A stretch of 63,685 nt of DNA, filler included, from Collodictyon triciliatum (lineage: Eukaryota), in NCBI GenBank assembly GCA_043381765.1. It is 13 parts of 13 records of this genome, joined end to end, with 100 filler letters (N's around TTAATTAATTAA, not from the genome) between each part and the next. Parts side by side here need not be neighbours in the genome. Positions count along the whole stretch, not along the records: positions 51,382 to 56,425 come from JBHJMP010005538.1; positions 56,526 to 61,564 come from JBHJMP010005540.1; positions 61,665 to 63,685 come from JBHJMP010005669.1; 10 more parts are not named here. One strand, given 5' to 3'. Below the pieces are notes generated by a model. The model saw only the letters and a list, made by a program, of their open reading frames with translations. It ran no database searches and was not told the origin of the DNA. Position numbers and translations under genes: made by a program. Positions 54,795 to 63,685 of the stretch are shown here, piece after piece; position 1 is the stretch's first letter, and each line of letters opens with the position of its first letter.

Positions 54795-55786
54795 GTGAAA
54801 GCCTTTGTTTTACTTTTTCCTTTTGAAAACTACCGATTTTTCAATTTTAATAAAAAAAAAATAATTAGTCAATTAGTCATTTAATTTAAAAAAATAACTG
54901 CACAAAATCGATTTATGTAAAATTTAGCATCTGCCGAGACTCTCAAATTATGCACATTTTGGCAAACAAACACACAAAGTTTTTTTTACAAGAGAATTGA
55001 GACGAAAGGATGAGAGCCGATTCGGCGGGTTCGAAAGGACGGCCGTATAGCCATTGCGGCTGAAAGTCAACATATCGGCCCCAAACAACATGATTACCGC
55101 CGCAAGTGTGGATAGTATGCTTTTTTGGAATACATATTTGGTGGAAGGTTTATTGGGTGGGTTCTGTCTGGGCCAAGACAAAGGCTTGTTTGTATTTTTT
55201 GAATTTTAATGATAGTACATACATCAATCAAAAATAAAATATAAATTGATTATAGGAATAGAATGAGATTATTAAGTATTTTTAATCTTATTAATATATA
55301 CTAATCATACTATTGTATCATTCAGGTTCTTTATTGGATTCATCAAATTTCCTGCTTTCGTCAATCCAGATTTAATTCGATGGTTGTCTGTGCAAAAAAC
55401 AGCTACATATGGTTTCACTTCTGTTGTATAAAAAGTGTTGTGCATTGAAAGGGATAAAACCAAGTTCGTACAACCTTTGTAATGAGGTTTATCCGTTTAC
55501 AGGCTGAATGAAACCGAAGAGAAAGGAAAGGAGAAAAAGAGAAAGAGAAAAAGAGCAAAAGAAACGGATGAATGAACCAGAGCAACTGATACTGAACACT
55601 ATATTCATACTGATCTTGTTGCGCGTGAGTCGATGGCTAGAGCCCGCAGCCTTAAACCCTTTCTTCAGTAGTCTCTTGCTCTCTCACTACCCATGGGTCG
55701 ATGGCTAGACCTCGATTTGTCTTTTTTCCCTTTATTATTATCATTATCATTATTATTTATTCGTTTCAAAGAGCTCGCTCTATCTC

Positions 55787-56270
55787 ATTAGTAGGTGGTT
55801 GTACTCACGGGTCGGTGGCAGCTGGCATCTTGGTCTTCGGTGTGTCTCTGTGTATAACCTGTGTTGCAAGGGATGTGGTAAAGTGACCTTTTCGCTCTTT
55901 GCGTTGGCTTTGTCGGCCTTCTCATTTTGCGTTCGGTCAGTAGGCATTCCACGGCGCAGGGCTGCGGCGTTGGTCTCGTCCTTCTCAGGATCCCTCTTTC
56001 CGATCGCTTTTTTGTTTTTTCTTCGGCTTCAGAATGTGGCGGGTTGGGAAGAAGGAAAGAATGCCAGTTAAATAATATTACTTTCTGGAGAATGTGTCCT
56101 TTTTTCTCTCTCAGTGTGCTTGTTTCTCAGCAGTAGACTTTTTCTTGTTTTTTGCGTGGGGGTTATTGTTCCTCTCAAGTCTCTCTTGGTGTGATCACCA
56201 AATTAATTCACAGCGCGTAGCTTGAATGGATCAGCATTGTAATTTTTTTTTTTTTTCACATACGAACAAT
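55787..56270 (+). repeat. Interspersed repeat B
   Basis: Matches 50700-51150 (inverted) and 28329-28510. Confidence 0.85.
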
Positions 56271-56536
56271 CCCACCAACAAACAAATAGTTCCAGTTTAT
56301 TAATATAACATTCCTTAACTCTAGGCTGAAAGGTAGGGAAAAGAAAGGAAAGAAAGTTAAAAAAAAAAAAAAAGAAGGAAAAAGAAAGGGAATTAAAAAA
56401 AAAAAAGGACGAAAGGAAACCTCTCNNNNNNNNNNNNNNNNNNNNNNNNNNNNNNNNNNNNNNNNNNNNTTAATTAATTAANNNNNNNNNNNNNNNNNNN
56501 NNNNNNNNNNNNNNNNNNNNNNNNNTGATTTGTCTG

Positions 56537-60237
<3,701 letters not shown>

Positions 60238-60524
60238 AGACTTTTGCACCGGAGCTGGAGAGCTCGTACTACTCAAAGTTATAAACCCAGAATCTGCTAG
60301 CCCCACATCTGGGTAAGCACCGGTCACACAAATATACCCCAAACAACACATTTCTACGAAAACGACACCTTTGGTTGATATATACGTTTGCTGTTCGAAT
60401 CAGTTTCTTCTTTCCATTTTCGTTGTCTTTCTCTTTTTTCTTCTCCTTTTTCTGACCCCTGCTCTATCCAAACCAAAGAAAAGACAGAATATACCGCTGT
60501 TCTCAAAATGAATAAAACGATGAG

Positions 60525-61380
60525 ATTTTCCTTTTCCTTTATCCGATTCAAGGTTTAAAGGGTCAAGGCCGAAAAGAGATAAAAAAAACCTGAATTTATC
60601 ATTCTTGTATGCCACCGATCAACTCTTCTATCGTTATCAAAATTAAATATCATCAGCCAACTTTGAATCGAATAAAGGAAAAAAATATATACCAGCCACA
60701 TATGAGGTAAGTTAAGTGCGTCTGGTGGAGAGAAAGTGCAAGTGAATGACATTATGGGGAAGTATATCACTGGATAGAGACAATCCAGGTCAGCAAGCTG
60801 GTCAAGCAGGGAGCTTGGCCGGTTGATTGACCTGGTAGGCAGGAGGTGGCGAATGGGATTGAAGATGTCCTGTGGCTCTTGCCGATACCCCCCTCTGTTC
60901 TCGTTAAGAATTCCGAGTCACCACCTTAATTGGCTGTCAAACTTGCTTTTCCTCTGCGCAATTTGACCTCATAAACAGTTGCTATCATGCTGACTTTAAT
61001 GTGCCCAAGGAAGAGTGATATTTCGATCATGTGCTTTGGGCCACCCAGCAAATCATGAAAGTTCCCTATTAAGTTATATTTTCCGCATATGGATTTTCAA
61101 TCAACATCCAAAGAAAGAAGTTGCTGTTGGGGATTGCGTTTTGCTCGTTCCGTTACAGGCCTTCGCCTTTTGCCTGGCTTGGCTGCGCGTGTGCTTATCA
61201 TTTTGGTAACACCACCACCACCAAGTTCGTTTTTCCTTTTTGACCAAGCGAAATTCGGGTGTGACCGCCCAGCCCGACTGAGTCGGCCTGACCATGACTA
61301 AATCGCTATCTGGGCTTTTTGAGGGCTCGGTCGATCAGAGCGGATGGGTTATGGATGCCAGCGGGATTCGACAATCACTT
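60525..61380 (-). mobile_element. Diverged LINE 3' portion, with a short opposite-strand tail insertion at 60661-60685
   Basis: Reverse complement of 60700-60860 resembles the LINE 3' UTR (CAATCAACC..TGACCAGCTTGCT..CCAGTG); ends TTGAATCGGATAAAGGAAAA; left extent uncertain. Confidence 0.55.
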
Positions 61381-61469
61381 GCTCTCTTTGAAAACTTGAG
61401 TCCTCTTCATCGCGCTTTTTTTCTCTCTCTCTCTTTCCCTCCCTTCCCCTCTTTCCTTCTCTTTCCTTC

Positions 61470-61564
<95 letters not shown>

Positions 61565-61664
61565 NNNNNNNNNNNNNNNNNNNNNNNNNNNNNNNNNNNN
61601 NNNNNNNNTTAATTAATTAANNNNNNNNNNNNNNNNNNNNNNNNNNNNNNNNNNNNNNNNNNNN

Positions 61665-63400
61665 GTGCGTGAGTTTTCCAAGGATGGTCTTTGCTTTACA
61701 TGCCCATTCGAAAGTACAACACACATCAGAAAACAAAAACCAAAAATCCGCACCGTTCCTTTGCCTATGCCGACGATACAGCCTTATCCTCGCTCTTCCT
61801 GAAGGCGCCTCCTGGCGAATAAGTGCATGCAAGTAACACTTGCAGTCGGAGGTAAAATTCAACTTCAAGCAAACAGACGTAATCTATTCGGTTACAGGCA
61901 TGGTGATTCTCCAGAAAACATTCGACTGGAATACCCAAACCACGCAACTCAGATACCGGGTATAATGTATCGGATGTGCACAGAAAAGTGGGAAAGCTGT
62001 GTCATACAATATCAAGTTCCTACCGCTCTTGGAAGTTCCCATCTCAGACATACGGAAGCGGAGGCTTATGGACACAATACCATGCTATCGACCCTCCATT
62101 CCTACCATGAAGGGGCTCTCATCTTACCACAAAGCAAGCTCGACACATGAGAGGCTATGCCGCACCTTCACTACACAAAGAGACAGCAATACCAAATCAA
62201 AACACTGATTAAGCCACCACAGAGGGAGGCGTTGGACTCATCACCCAAAAACTGCCTGGAGATCACTACCTTTGAAGTGGTGGACGGACATGTTCAGCGC
62301 CGAAGGGTTTGGAATGGGATGTGGAATATCACCAAACTGTGCCGCAGGACTTCAAAACCACGATATGCCCAAAGACCAATCCCACGACCACCCCCCAACA
62401 CCGAGCTTTGCTCTGCGGGGGGGGGCGTTGGCAGATTCTGTATATCACTGCAAAATGCAAATACCGTGAACGAAGCCATTGGCAGCAGGACAAATATGAC
62501 TGGAAACCAGAAGGCTTCTGCTTTCAAACAGGTTCACGAATCAATGCGGCCACTCAGAGAAATCTCTTTCAAAGGAGACGATCGTACTCACAACGCTAGG
62601 GCTGCACCGCATCGCACACAGATGCACAGCCAACAGCCGTCCTGAACTAACAAGGAAATGGCGCTCAACGCCAGACAGTCTCAATACGGATCCCGTCGCC
62701 ATTCTTCTTTCCGCCTCAAGAACGAACCGCTCGTCTAACGGGGCTGTGCGCACAGTCTATGCAGTTTCTCGATGGCTATGGCTACTCCCAAATTCTTTCG
62801 ATACAGAAATATCGCGCCGACCCTTACAAAGTAAAACTCAACGGTGGGGAGAAACCCTGGGCTCACCCACACCCCGCTCACCGCGAGCTGGAGACAGCAC
62901 GGCCGCAAGTCCTTCCAAATCACGCTCTCTAATGCTTACATTCACATTAGGGCTATGGATGGCAACAGCGCGGCAAAAGCTGGCAAAGTCTCAACAATGC
63001 ACACTTTTTGCGCAACGGTGATGGATCCACTTGGGCAACATTTGTTCATGTCCTTTGCTCAACCTGGCGAAAAGCCGGTGGATTCTTCGACTGACACTCA
63101 AGGCGGCTGCAGCTGCTGGCCCATCCAGACGATATTTGGGCCTCTTGCAAGCTGCGTCCCAGATGCAAAATCGGGACAGTGCGCGAGGCCATTTTGCTAA
63201 TGGACTATGTGGATTAGCGCGCATATACTCACGCAAAGCAGGATTCAAAACAGCCACCCTTCATGAACGGCTGAATTGACATCTTACAAATCTCTTTCCT
63301 CACAGCTTCTTTCGCACTGCACGTTCGCTATTACTCAACCCTGTGGAGAAGAGACTATGGACAAGAAGCTGGAGAACAGATATTAACTCGCTTGTATCTC
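61665..63400 (+). mobile_element. Degenerate L1/Tx1-like ORF2 (reverse transcriptase C-terminal half plus zinc-knuckle region)
   Basis: FAYADDTA at 61760-61783 (RT catalytic motif), downstream KFNFKQT, QC..QHLFM zinc-knuckle remnant and RGH..W..W motif shared with the 27791 element; many frameshifts. Confidence 0.75.
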
Positions 63401-63685
63401 TCATGCACGCAAGACCAGGGCCTACAGGCCAAACCGCAGGATGCAATCTTTGATTACGAACTACTTCTCGCCACCCGGCCACCGGTAGCGCGTCAGTTGC
63501 AAACGATATGGTAGCGAACAAAGCACAAACATCCCCACCATCCCTGCACAAATGAAGGAGAGCAATCAGTTTATATCAAAGAGCACCTGACTCCTTGGAA
63601 ATAAGCTCATACTCGTGTATTCTAGTACTTAATCCTGCTGTTTGGAGCGGCATGTATGTTGCCATTATACGAATGTTAGCCCCAT

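Noticed and set aside
54995-55060. Possible hammerhead ribozyme (GAAA and GATGAG words)
   Set aside because: No CUGANGA core or compatible three-stem arrangement found on either strand.

Overview
Eukaryotic (intron-rich, standard genetic code, probably a flagellated protist) draft sequence. It consists of about 13 unrelated ~5-kb contigs joined by artificial N-TTAATTAATTAA-N linkers, so adjacency across linkers has no biological meaning. Host genes recognised: VPS37-like, an intronless 2OG-Fe(II) oxygenase, an LRR/Cys-rich multi-TM receptor, a STAND/TPR/pentapeptide/WD40 NLR-like protein, IC97/CASC1-like, PTAR1-like, an RWP-RK transcription factor, LAMTOR3, a C48 SUMO protease, V-ATPase subunit B, a TM9SF nonaspanin and a Pro-rich SH3 protein. 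The main finding is two independent, decayed copies of a Fanzor1-type (eukaryotic TnpB/Cas12 relative) RNA-guided nuclease gene (26401-27780 and ~52910-54794, minus strand). Each is followed by a conserved ~118-nt hairpin-rich non-coding block that ends sharply at CCCTTCTA and is flanked by unrelated sequence, the signature of an omegaRNA scaffold plus locus-specific guide. Also present are L1/Tx1-like LINE pieces (including ~20-30-nt tail-only insertions, one with an 18-bp TSD), Gypsy-like remnants, a shared interspersed repeat upstream of both Fanzors, HET-E-like hypervariable WD40 repeats and exon+intron tandem amplification of LRRs. All assignments come from reading motifs by eye; no database searches were run.
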